Shown here: piece by piece, positions 1 to 7,580 of the stretch | How the letters are laid out: every line of letters starts with the position of its first letter | Position numbering within the stretch: position 1 is the first letter of the stretch | Assembly (NCBI GenBank): GCA_016196125.1 | Contig: JACPYG010000015.1 | Coordinates: forward strand, 22,966 to 86,965 | Source of the DNA: Candidatus Staskawiczbacteria bacterium | Lineage (GTDB): Bacteria > Patescibacteriota > Minisyncoccia > Minisyncoccales > Staskawiczbacteraceae | DNA length: 64,000 nucleotides | Reading direction: 5' to 3' | The notes under the pieces: generated by a model | Databases searched by the model: none | What the model saw: only the letters and a program-made list of their open reading frames with translations | What the model was told of the DNA's origin: nothing | Made by a program: the position numbers and the translations under genes

Positions 1-394
1 CGGGTTCTTGGCTTTTATTTTTTGCCGCCTGCAATATGGCATGGCCATCGCCATTTGGACTTTTTTGCATAACAAAAGAAAAAGAAATGCCCTCAAAAAT
101 CTTTTCAAAATCACGAAGCTCTTTTAAAATTTGTTCTCTTTTCATTCTCACTAAAACCTTTTCTATATTTGGCGATTTTTTAAAATAATCTAAAATCATT
201 TTTTCTTTCGGATTGACAACAAAAACTATCTCTGTAATGCCGGAATTTTTAATCTCTTCTACGATGTATTGGATAACCGGCTTATCAACCAAAGGAAGGA
301 ATTCTTTTGGCACTGCTTTTGAAAGAGGCAAAAATCTTGTGCCAAGTCCTGCAACTGGTATGATAGCTCTTTTAATTTCTAATTCTTCTTTCAT
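1..394 (-). CDS. galU: Sugar-phosphate nucleotidyltransferase, GalU-like (UTP-glucose-1-phosphate uridylyltransferase); runs off window edge
   Basis: Manual translation from ATG at 394: MKEELEIKRAIIPVAGLGTRFLPLSKAVPKEFLPLVDKP...Q...GDGHA, the GalU/RmlA-type motifs; not in ORF track. Confidence 0.8.
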   Translation of the reverse strand, partial: MKEELEIKRAIIPVAGLGTRFLPLSKAVPKEFLPLVDKPVIQYIVEEIKNSGITEIVFVVNPKEKMILDYFKKSPNIEKVLVRMKREQILKELRDFEKIFEGISFSFVMQKSPNGDGHAILQAAKNKSQEP

Positions 395-409
395 GTATAA
401 AATTACTTA

Positions 410-2059
410 TTATGATTTAAATTTTACTCTCCTTAAAAAGGCGGGAATTTCCCATTCTTCTTCTTGCAGAAGTCTTTTATCTTGTTCCAAAGCTTCAGCT
501 TTTTTAATCTCTAAGGCATTTCTTCTTATGGTCTTTTTGATTTTAACATTTACAGGTTCTGCAACAATTAACTTGCCGGATGTCTCTGCCGCAACTTGGT
601 TATTATTCAAGATATGATCAAGACTGATATCAGATAATGTATTTTTAGGCAATTTTTGGGCAATTCTTGCCTGCCTGCCGGCACCTGCCTGCCGGTAGGC
701 ACGGGGTAGGCCTTTGCCCTTAGTTTTATGGCCGAAGGTTTTTTTAACTTTTTGCTCTTTTTTAGCGACAACTTTTGCATCTGCTTTAATGACTTTTTTT
801 ATTGATTCATTTGTTTTTGACGGCCCTGTTATTAGAATAGTCGTTTTAATTTTATTTTTCGCTTTTACATCTTTTGAAATCCCAAAAATTATTTTTGCTT
901 TTGGATTTAATGCGGCGATAGATTTGCTTATTTTTTCCACTTCAATCATATTCAAGCCGGACCCGCCAGAAATATTAAATAAAATCTTCTCTGCTATAAA
1001 ATTGTTGTTTTGATATAAAGGATTGATGAGAATTTTTTCGACTGTTTCTTTAACTTTATCTTTGCCAGAGGCATTAACTGTATTCAAAAAAGCAGAATTT
1101 CCAGAGCCATCTAAGATTGTGCGAAGATCGGCAAAATCAATATTTATCAATCCAGGGTTATAAATTAAATCAATCAAGCTTTCCAAAGATTCTATAAGGC
1201 TTTTATTAACGGTAGAAAATGCTTCTGTTATAGATGTATCATTGCCGATAACCTTAAAAATTCTTTCGTTTGGAATAGTAATTGAAACATTTAAAGAACT
1301 TTTAAGTTCCTTTAAGGATTTTAGGGCTATTTTTGATTTATTTTTACCTTCAAACCTAAATGGAAGCGTAAATATGCCAAGCGTGATTCCGCCGAACAAT
1401 TTTGCGGATTCGGCAAAAACCTTAGTGGCTCCAGAACCCAATCCTCCGCCCAATGAAGCGATTAAAATTACAATATCCTGATCTTTAAAGAGTTCCGTAA
1501 TTTTTTCTTTTTCGGATTCTGCGGCTGTTCTGGCTATTTCCGGATTCACTCCGGTTCCTAAACCGTGAGTAAATTCCTTGCCAAACCAAAAATATTTAAT
1601 GCCTGTTTTCTTTTTTAAAGCTCTAATATCCGTATCTGCAATGACAAATGTCGCTTTATTTACTGTTCTGCCAATTTCAGAAACAATTGACCCGCCGCCT
1701 CCGCCAATTCCAACCACCTTAATTCTGGCGCGAAACAGAGCCTCTGCCGGGAAAGCCGATATATTTTCTTTTTTAATAATTTTGAGTTTTTTTAAAACTG
1801 CTTTCTTTTCCGATTTTATTATAGTTTTTTTCTTTACGTTTTTTTTGGGTTTAACAGGTGGCTTAATTGTTTTTTTAATATGTTTTCCCTTTTTCTTTTT
1901 TGGTTTAACTAAAACTCTCTTCGGAGATTTTACCTTTTTATTTTTTTTATTTGCCCGAATAAATAATTTTGATTTTGCCGAAATTACCGCTTTGCTGTAT
2001 TTAATCGGACGAACTATTGCTTTTTTCTTCATTATTTTTTTCGGCCTCTTGGTTGTCAT
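410..2059 (-). CDS. ftsZ: Cell division protein FtsZ, divergent, with ~105-aa Lys-rich N-terminal extension
   Basis: RIKVVGIGGGGG, GLGTGVNPE, LGGGLGSG, T7 loop GLINIDFADL, C-terminal EIPAFLRR. Confidence 0.9.
   Translation of the reverse strand: MTTKRPKKIMKKKAIVRPIKYSKAVISAKSKLFIRANKKNKKVKSPKRVLVKPKKKKGKHIKKTIKPPVKPKKNVKKKTIIKSEKKAVLKKLKIIKKENISAFPAEALFRARIKVVGIGGGGGSIVSEIGRTVNKATFVIADTDIRALKKKTGIKYFWFGKEFTHGLGTGVNPEIARTAAESEKEKITELFKDQDIVILIASLGGGLGSGATKVFAESAKLFGGITLGIFTLPFRFEGKNKSKIALKSLKELKSSLNVSITIPNERIFKVIGNDTSITEAFSTVNKSLIESLESLIDLIYNPGLINIDFADLRTILDGSGNSAFLNTVNASGKDKVKETVEKILINPLYQNNNFIAEKILFNISGGSGLNMIEVEKISKSIAALNPKAKIIFGISKDVKAKNKIKTTILITGPSKTNESIKKVIKADAKVVAKKEQKVKKTFGHKTKGKGLPRAYRQAGAGRQARIAQKLPKNTLSDISLDHILNNNQVAAETSGKLIVAEPVNVKIKKTIRRNALEIKKAEALEQDKRLLQEEEWEIPAFLRRVKFKS
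670..710. repeat. Family A palindrome nested inside a second family A palindrome, in frame within ftsZ linker
   Basis: cctgcctgccggca[cctgcctgccggtaggcacgg]ggtagg. Confidence 0.85.
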
Positions 2060-2068
2060 TGGATTAAG

Positions 2069-2141
2069 TGTACCCCGTTAGAAAATTTTTTCAAGTACTC
2101 AATAATAACAATAATCTCTTAAAATTTTCTAACGGGGTGTA
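2069..2141. mobile_element. CCCCGTTAGA/TCTAACGGGG mini inverted-repeat element, copy 1, with TGTA target duplication
   Basis: tgta|ccccgttagaaaatttt...aaaattttctaacgggg|tgta, just upstream of ftsZ start. Confidence 0.75.
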
Positions 2142-2161
2142 CTTATTTAAAGTAGTTTGTC

Positions 2162-2193
2162 AAAAAAAGAGCCGCGAGTTTCACCTCAACGGC
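2162..2193 (-). terminator. Probable intrinsic terminator after pyrE
   Basis: Minus strand GCCG-TT-GAG...CTC-G-CGGC followed by a T-run. Confidence 0.55.
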
Positions 2194-2248
2194 CTATTTT
2201 GCTTTTAACTACCTGCAGACAGGCAATTTTAATTTAGGCAATTTGTTT

Positions 2249-3046
2249 TTACAGCCCTGTTCGAGCCAGAAATTCTTGGCCGTAGCCAAGATCGGTGCGA
2301 ACTGATTTTGGCCCTCGCTCTTTGCAAATCGGGCATTCATCTTCTGGATACATCATCATATTAATATCAAGCAGAGAAAATAATTCGGGAACTCTAAGAG
2401 TTTCGGCGGTCACTTTGCCTCCGCTTCGGTTGCAAAGCGCCCCAACTCCAACCACTTCTCCGCCTGCCTGAATAACGGCATCGCGCGTCTTAGAAACAGT
2501 TATGCCGGAATTAATAATATCATCAAGTATCAGACACTTAGCGCCTTTCACATACTTATCATAGCCGCGTTTAATAACGCGCCGGGTTCCGGTTTTAGCG
2601 GGAAACATAACCTCAATTTGCGACCCAAAGTGACCCAAAAAATCCGGCTCACCTCTAATTTTCACAAACCCATTGGCTAAAAATTCTCCGCCGCCACTAT
2701 TTAGAACAACTTCTCTTTGTTCAAAAATATCTTCTTCATCGGCGTAGATAGACAAAACTTCTGTCTGAAAATGGCGCTTGTCCAACCAAAAGGCTGTCCA
2801 CTGCGACAAAATCACGGCGCCAACAGTGGGGCCAACCACTATTTTTAGTTCAACATGACGAAAATGATTGGCTATTTCGGCGCATAAATATTTTACGAAT
2901 CTTGTATAGGGATAAATTGCATCTTTGTTGACATAGTCTGAACCATGAAACCATCCCGTTTCTTTTTTAGCATAAACAAAATGGTCGTCGGTAATAATTG
3001 CGTTCGCTTTGGAAAAAATATCCAATATTGCCTGCTGTGTTAACAT
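2249..3046 (-). CDS. pyrE: Orotate phosphoribosyltransferase with internal insertion
   Basis: PRPP-binding motif LILDDIINSG, HSxxY-like HGSDYVNK, C-terminal CPICK, adjacent to pyrF; start MLTQQ preceded by AAGGAG. Confidence 0.8.
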   Translation of the reverse strand: MLTQQAILDIFSKANAIITDDHFVYAKKETGWFHGSDYVNKDAIYPYTRFVKYLCAEIANHFRHVELKIVVGPTVGAVILSQWTAFWLDKRHFQTEVLSIYADEEDIFEQREVVLNSGGGEFLANGFVKIRGEPDFLGHFGSQIEVMFPAKTGTRRVIKRGYDKYVKGAKCLILDDIINSGITVSKTRDAVIQAGGEVVGVGALCNRSGGKVTAETLRVPELFSLLDINMMMYPEDECPICKERGPKSVRTDLGYGQEFLARTGL

Positions 3047-3047
3047 A

Positions 3048-3839
3048 TCATATCTCCTTTTGGGCTTGAGTGATTTCTTCTGCAATTCTTTTTGCGGCTT
3101 CAACTGGTCCACCAATTCCAACAGGCGGCTTGGTAATAGGCCTGCCAATAACCAGCATATCAATTCCATCTTTGATTGCTTCTGCTGGAGTCATTTGACG
3201 TTCAACATTTTGATCGTCTTTAACCCTTTCTCTTTCCTCTTTGGTAGCCGACCATTCTGGACGAATATTAGGACAAGCTATGATCAGCTTGTCAAAATAC
3301 CTGTATCGTCTTAGCATCAGGCCTTCTTTTGGCGCGCAAATCACGCCATCGGCGCCATTTTCAACCAGTATTCTTGCAAATTGGTCAACTTTTGAAACTG
3401 GATCAGCGCCAAAAATTGAAAAGCATTCGTCTTTATCAATTGATGTTAAAACAGTAACACCAAAAAGCTTTGAAACGCCTTTGTTGGCAACCGCTGTTTT
3501 AATGGCCCTCTCGCCAGCCGAAACATGAATATTAATCATTTTTACTCCCAATAGAGATAATGTTTTCACGGTATTTTCGACAGTATTGGGAATATCAGCC
3601 AGTTTTACATCCAAAAACGCTTTTTCGGGACCTATTTTTTTAGCTAAATTACGGACTCTGTTAATTAAACCAATTGATTCGTAGCTGCGCGTCAAAAGCA
3701 AATTAACCATAGTAGAATAAATTGACTCAAATCCAATCTTAAACACCCCGACATACGGAGAAAGAATATCTACTAAGTTCTCCGCTTTTTTAATATCTGA
3801 AACATCCAACGGCAAAATAATTCTTTCGTGCGGTTCCAT
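3048..3839 (-). CDS. pyrF: Orotidine-5'-phosphate decarboxylase
   Basis: IILPLD, FLDVKLADIPNTV signature, VTVLTS, VIGRPI; AGGAGG SD. Confidence 0.92.
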   Translation of the reverse strand: MEPHERIILPLDVSDIKKAENLVDILSPYVGVFKIGFESIYSTMVNLLLTRSYESIGLINRVRNLAKKIGPEKAFLDVKLADIPNTVENTVKTLSLLGVKMINIHVSAGERAIKTAVANKGVSKLFGVTVLTSIDKDECFSIFGADPVSKVDQFARILVENGADGVICAPKEGLMLRRYRYFDKLIIACPNIRPEWSATKEERERVKDDQNVERQMTPAEAIKDGIDMLVIGRPITKPPVGIGGPVEAAKRIAEEITQAQKEI

Positions 3840-3944
3840 ACAAACCTCCTATTTAATTGTCAACGAACGGAATTCCTGCCAAACATGGGCAAGACCACTG
3901 GCTCTTTGTACCAAAACAAACTTCAAAAGTCAAACTTCTGCTTT

Positions 3945-4166
3945 TTATTTCAGTATTTCCACAATTTTATTTCTCGACGCATGGCCTGAAATTATTTTAA
4001 CGCAAGATGAACCAGTTTTAAAATACACTGCCAAAGCATTTTTTATGGCATTATTTGCTCGGCCTTGCAACGGCGGTTCTTTTACAAAAACAACATAATT
4101 TTGCTCATTAATTTTTTCTATCTTTTCTTCTTTTGAGTTGGGTTTTGCCTTTACAAAAATTTTCAT
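3945..4166 (-). CDS. DUF167/YggU family protein
   Basis: VKAKPNS...VKEPPLQGRAN...IISGHASRNK pattern. Confidence 0.85.
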   Translation of the reverse strand: MKIFVKAKPNSKEEKIEKINEQNYVVFVKEPPLQGRANNAIKNALAVYFKTGSSCVKIISGHASRNKIVEILK

Positions 4167-5518
4167 TCAAGTAGAGGGTTTATTGCTTTGCCTTCTCCAA
4201 CTAATGTGATTTTTTTGCCGAAAACAAACAGGGCCTGTTCGTCGGTTAGAATACGAAGTTTCTTTTTGATTCCTGAAGGTTTCTGTTTTATTATTTCGGC
4301 ATCTTCTGGCTTATAATGCACAAATATATTTGATTTTACGAGCCCCAAACCTTTTAAACTCATCAGTCCAAATTTATCCTTGTTGTTTTTCCAGCTGGCT
4401 GTTTCAATAGATTTACCAGCAACAATAGAACCTGCTGAAACCCCTATATAAATAATGCCCTTGGTAAGCAATTTTTTAATTATTTTATTAAAACCGCTTT
4501 TACGCATTTGTTTTAATAAATAAAAAACGTTTCCTCCCTGAACATAAATAATATCTACGGCCTCCAATATTTTCATTAATTGACTTTTATTCTTGCCTTC
4601 AATATCAATATCTTCCACATTAAAACCGGCTTCTTTCATAAGCTGCCTGTCTTTATCTGTATAAGAAGTATCTTCTTGGACTTTTGAGGCCGTAATAATA
4701 TGAGCAACCCTGACTTTATCTGCCGGCTTTGAAAGAACCGATAATATTTCTTCTTTGGTCCCTGCCATTCCAGATGAAGTCAAAAGCAACATTTTTGGTT
4801 TTCTGCTTTCTATTAGTTCATTAATAAAACCAATAAACACTCCGCAAGCTATAATTGACAGTAAAATAGCAATTAATCCAACAACAATTAAACCAAATGG
4901 GGTAAGGAAAAACTCCAAAACAGATGTTTTAAAAAACTCCATTTTTAACAAAGGCATTACCCAATATATATTTAATATTTCTATCAAGCTGAATTTTTCT
5001 TCCTTGCCGATAGACAAAACATACTTGCCCCTATTTTCGTAACTAAAAATAGTAATTTTATAATCTCCGGAAGAAAGATTTTTTTCAAACTCCGGACCTA
5101 AAAAATAATAATCTCTGCCAAACGGCTCATAAAATTCTTTCCATAAAAAATCTGTCTGGCCGTCAATAAAAGAGATTTCTTCATCTTCAGCCTGCCCTGA
5201 GGTTGTCGGAGTATTTTTTACTAAAAATATCTTTGCCGAATATCTTCCGTTTGAATTTGAATATGCCGGCACCAAAAGATTAATATATAAATTAAAATCT
5301 TTATCAGAGTGAATTAAATAATTTCTGGGACTTCCGCCCAGCTCGTCATAAAATACCTGTGAAACTTCCGGTTCTTTTACTTGTATGTCAGTTGATTGGT
5401 TGTAAATAATTCTCGGCAAATAAGCAGAGGCAGGCTGGGCAAAACCAAAAAACAAACAAAACGAAAAAAGAAACAAGTTCCTCGCAAAAGATAGTAAAAA
5501 TAATTTCTTAAAAACCAT
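4163..5518 (-). CDS. Signal-peptide/extracellular domain + TM helix + C-terminal peptidase S51 (PepE-like, class I glutamine amidotransferase fold)
   Basis: DIIYVQGGN, GVSAGS nucleophile motif, VHY; hydrophobic segment at ~aa 205-235. Confidence 0.75.
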   Translation of the reverse strand: MVFKKLFLLSFARNLFLFSFCLFFGFAQPASAYLPRIIYNQSTDIQVKEPEVSQVFYDELGGSPRNYLIHSDKDFNLYINLLVPAYSNSNGRYSAKIFLVKNTPTTSGQAEDEEISFIDGQTDFLWKEFYEPFGRDYYFLGPEFEKNLSSGDYKITIFSYENRGKYVLSIGKEEKFSLIEILNIYWVMPLLKMEFFKTSVLEFFLTPFGLIVVGLIAILLSIIACGVFIGFINELIESRKPKMLLLTSSGMAGTKEEILSVLSKPADKVRVAHIITASKVQEDTSYTDKDRQLMKEAGFNVEDIDIEGKNKSQLMKILEAVDIIYVQGGNVFYLLKQMRKSGFNKIIKKLLTKGIIYIGVSAGSIVAGKSIETASWKNNKDKFGLMSLKGLGLVKSNIFVHYKPEDAEIIKQKPSGIKKKLRILTDEQALFVFGKKITLVGEGKAINPLLE

Positions 5519-5524
5519 GGCTGT

Positions 5525-5671
5525 CTATCCCTTTTTGCCTTTATTTTTATTTTTTACATTAATATGCTCTAATCTTGCGGCATTGCCCCAAAACCTGTCA
5601 ATGGCTCTCGATCTTAGAGGGTTGTAATTTAATTTGCTTTTTTGAGTATTTTTAGAAATATATTTCTTCAT
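5525..5671 (-). CDS. Possible 48-aa basic hypothetical protein
   Basis: Open frame MKKYISKNTQ...KGKKG fills the gap between two minus-strand genes; no recognised motif. Confidence 0.3.
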   Translation of the reverse strand: MKKYISKNTQKSKLNYNPLRSRAIDRFWGNAARLEHINVKNKNKGKKG

Positions 5672-5698
5672 TTTGTTTTATTTTTGCCGTATCATATT

Positions 5699-6022
5699 TT
5701 ATTTGCAATCTTGCGGGCAATCTGTTTTGGTTTCGGCGCAAACGCAATTTATATCATTGTCTTTGCAAATAGCGCTATCTGACTGGCAAATGCCATCACC
5801 GCATTTATCTGAACAAATAGTTAAAAATCCCCGGGGTTCCGGTTGATTTTGCGTATTTTCATTCGGAGTTTCTATTTTTGCTTGGCTTTCGTTATTTTGT
5901 ATTGTTTTCTCCAAATCTTTTGAATATTTATAAATAAAAAATCCGGCGATTAAAACCACAACCAAGATAACTCCTATGATTATTAAAACTTTTTTATCTA
6001 TTTTTGGAAAGATATTCTTCAT
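5699..6022 (-). CDS. Small membrane-anchored protein with Cys-rich C-terminus
   Basis: N-terminal TM; CSDKCGDGIC...ETKTDCPQDC. Confidence 0.7.
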   Translation of the reverse strand: MKNIFPKIDKKVLIIIGVILVVVLIAGFFIYKYSKDLEKTIQNNESQAKIETPNENTQNQPEPRGFLTICSDKCGDGICQSDSAICKDNDINCVCAETKTDCPQDCK

Positions 6023-6226
6023 ATTATTTTTTATTAGACCTGTTTCTTAATAATACATTACTATCTAATTTTATATCTTTTTACAATTTTTTTCAAATTA
6101 ATATCAATAAAAAAAACCTCTTCTGTTATGAAACAGATGAGGTTGATTTTTGTTGTACTTCTTTGCTTTGTTTATTTATTCTTATCCATTTATCGCCTTT
6201 CTTCACCAAAGAACAAAACCGTAATT

Positions 6227-6268
6227 TGGTGGGCCCAGAAGGAATCGGACCTTCTGCCTCTGTCTTAT
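6227..6268 (-). pseudogene. 3' half copy of tRNA-Ile (from second anticodon base to CCA)
   Basis: 41/42 identical to 6316-6357. Confidence 0.85.
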
Positions 6269-6315
6269 GAATCTGTTTTTACATATTTTTTATTTGAGCA
6301 AAGCTTCCATAACTT

Positions 6316-6390
6316 TGGTGGGCCCAGAAGGAATCGGACCTTCTACCTCTGTCTTATCAGGACAGCGTTCTACCAATGAACTATGGGCCC
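6316..6390 (-). tRNA. tRNA-Ile (GAT), CCA encoded
   Basis: GGGCCCA acceptor, anticodon arm CTGTC-CTGATAA-GACAG, T arm GAAGG-TCCGATT-CCTTC. Confidence 0.92.
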
Positions 6391-6405
6391 ACCAAAGTTA
6401 TGTTG

Positions 6406-6438
6406 CAGGACAGCGTTCTACCAATGAACTATGGGCCC
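6406..6438 (-). pseudogene. 5' half copy of tRNA-Ile (start to first anticodon base)
   Basis: 33/33 identical to 6358-6390. Confidence 0.85.
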
Positions 6439-6450
6439 TTATACTTAAAA

Positions 6451-6479
6451 ATTTTATCAAAAAAAATTGAAAAAGTCAA
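6451..6479 (-). promoter_or_regulatory. Sigma70-type promoter for the tRNA-Ile locus
   Basis: TTGACT-N17-TAAAAT with extended -10 TG. Confidence 0.7.
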
Positions 6480-6505
6480 AAAAAAGCCACGCTTTAAGGT
6501 GTGGC
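6478..6505 (-). terminator. Intrinsic terminator downstream of structured RNA candidate
   Basis: GCCACAC-loop-GCGTGGC followed by T8 on minus strand. Confidence 0.65.
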
Positions 6506-6555
6506 AATGAACAATTGTATTGCAGTAAAGATAGAGAAAAAAAGAGCTAAAAAAG

Positions 6556-6730
6556 CAGTTGGCAGAGGAGACCTGTCATGACGTACAGAGTCTCACAGAA
6601 TTCCGTTCTGCACTGTTCTTGAGCGACGCGCACTGGGGCACATATGCGCAGGAACGTCGTTGGCCGTTCCAGGGCTATAACCCTCCATGAAAAAGGTCAC
6701 AGCCAATCGCGAACAGTGCTCTGCCAACTG
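6556..6730 (-). ncRNA. Unidentified GC-rich multibranched structured RNA candidate
   Basis: 12-bp closing helix 6556-6567/6719-6730, inner helix 6610-6618/6711-6719, several internal hairpins; TTGACA-N16-TATTAT upstream. Confidence 0.55.
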
Positions 6731-6767
6731 AACATCTATTTTGATAATATCAAAACAAAAAATCTTG

Positions 6768-7580
6768 TCAATATTTTAAGTTATGATTTTTAATTGTAAA
6801 AATAAAAATAAATATGGCAAGCATTATTAAAACTATTGCTCCTCCTGCGGATAAATTAAGATAAAAAGATAAAAAAATGCCGGTAATAACAGAAAAAATT
6901 GAAATAATTTCCGAATATAAAATAGTTTTAATGAAACTTTTTCTTAATTGCAGTGCAGAAATGACTGGAATAACTATCAAGGCCGATATTAATAAAACTC
7001 CAACAATGGGTATTGATAAAGAAACTGTTATAGCCGAAAGAAAAATTAAAATTGTGTTAATTAGTTTTGTGGGTATTCCGCTTACTTTCGCAGAACTTTC
7101 ATCAAATGTAATATATACCAATTCTTTATAAAATACTGCAAGGACAATTATAACTACAATCGCCAAAGTAAAAATAATATAAACATCGCTTACGGCAACG
7201 GTGGTAATGCTTCCAAATAGATAACTGAAAAGATTAGCATTAAATCCGCGAGCCAAACTTAACAAAACTATTGCCAGCGCCAAACTGCCAGAAAGAAAAA
7301 GAGCCAACGCCGATTCGCCATATACTCTTTTTGAAGTTCTTAATTTTTCAATTCCCAAAGAAGCAATTACCGTGGTTCCCAAAGCTGTTAAAACAGGATT
7401 TATGCCTAAAATTAATCCAATCGATATGCCTGCAAGCGACACATGGGCAAGAGTATCGGCTATCAATGAATATCTTCTCAACACTAAAAATACGCCAATT
7501 AGCGGAGCAATAATAGCAACTATAATTCCCGCTTCCAATCCCCTTACAATAAAACTATATTGAAAAATATCTAAAAACAT
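6768..7580 (-). CDS. znuB: Zn/Mn ABC transporter permease
   Basis: Highly hydrophobic; DTLAHVSLAG, YLFGSI, VGVLLISAL. Confidence 0.88.
   Translation of the reverse strand: MFLDIFQYSFIVRGLEAGIIVAIIAPLIGVFLVLRRYSLIADTLAHVSLAGISIGLILGINPVLTALGTTVIASLGIEKLRTSKRVYGESALALFLSGSLALAIVLLSLARGFNANLFSYLFGSITTVAVSDVYIIFTLAIVVIIVLAVFYKELVYITFDESSAKVSGIPTKLINTILIFLSAITVSLSIPIVGVLLISALIVIPVISALQLRKSFIKTILYSEIISIFSVITGIFLSFYLNLSAGGAIVLIMLAIFIFIFTIKNHNLKY

Noticed and set aside
2209..2225. Possible decayed family A palindrome (ctacctgcagacaggca)
   Set aside because: Too degenerate to count confidently
6269..6405. Group I intron in tRNA-Ile (joining after U33 could even give a CAT anticodon)
   Set aside because: Insert is short, mostly a tRNA, has no recognisable group I core and lacks the terminal G for that junction
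6004..6470. Three plus-strand ORFs with repeated peptides (LVGPEGIGPS, GQRSTNELWA)
   Set aside because: The repeats are just the antisense translation of the tRNA-Ile copies
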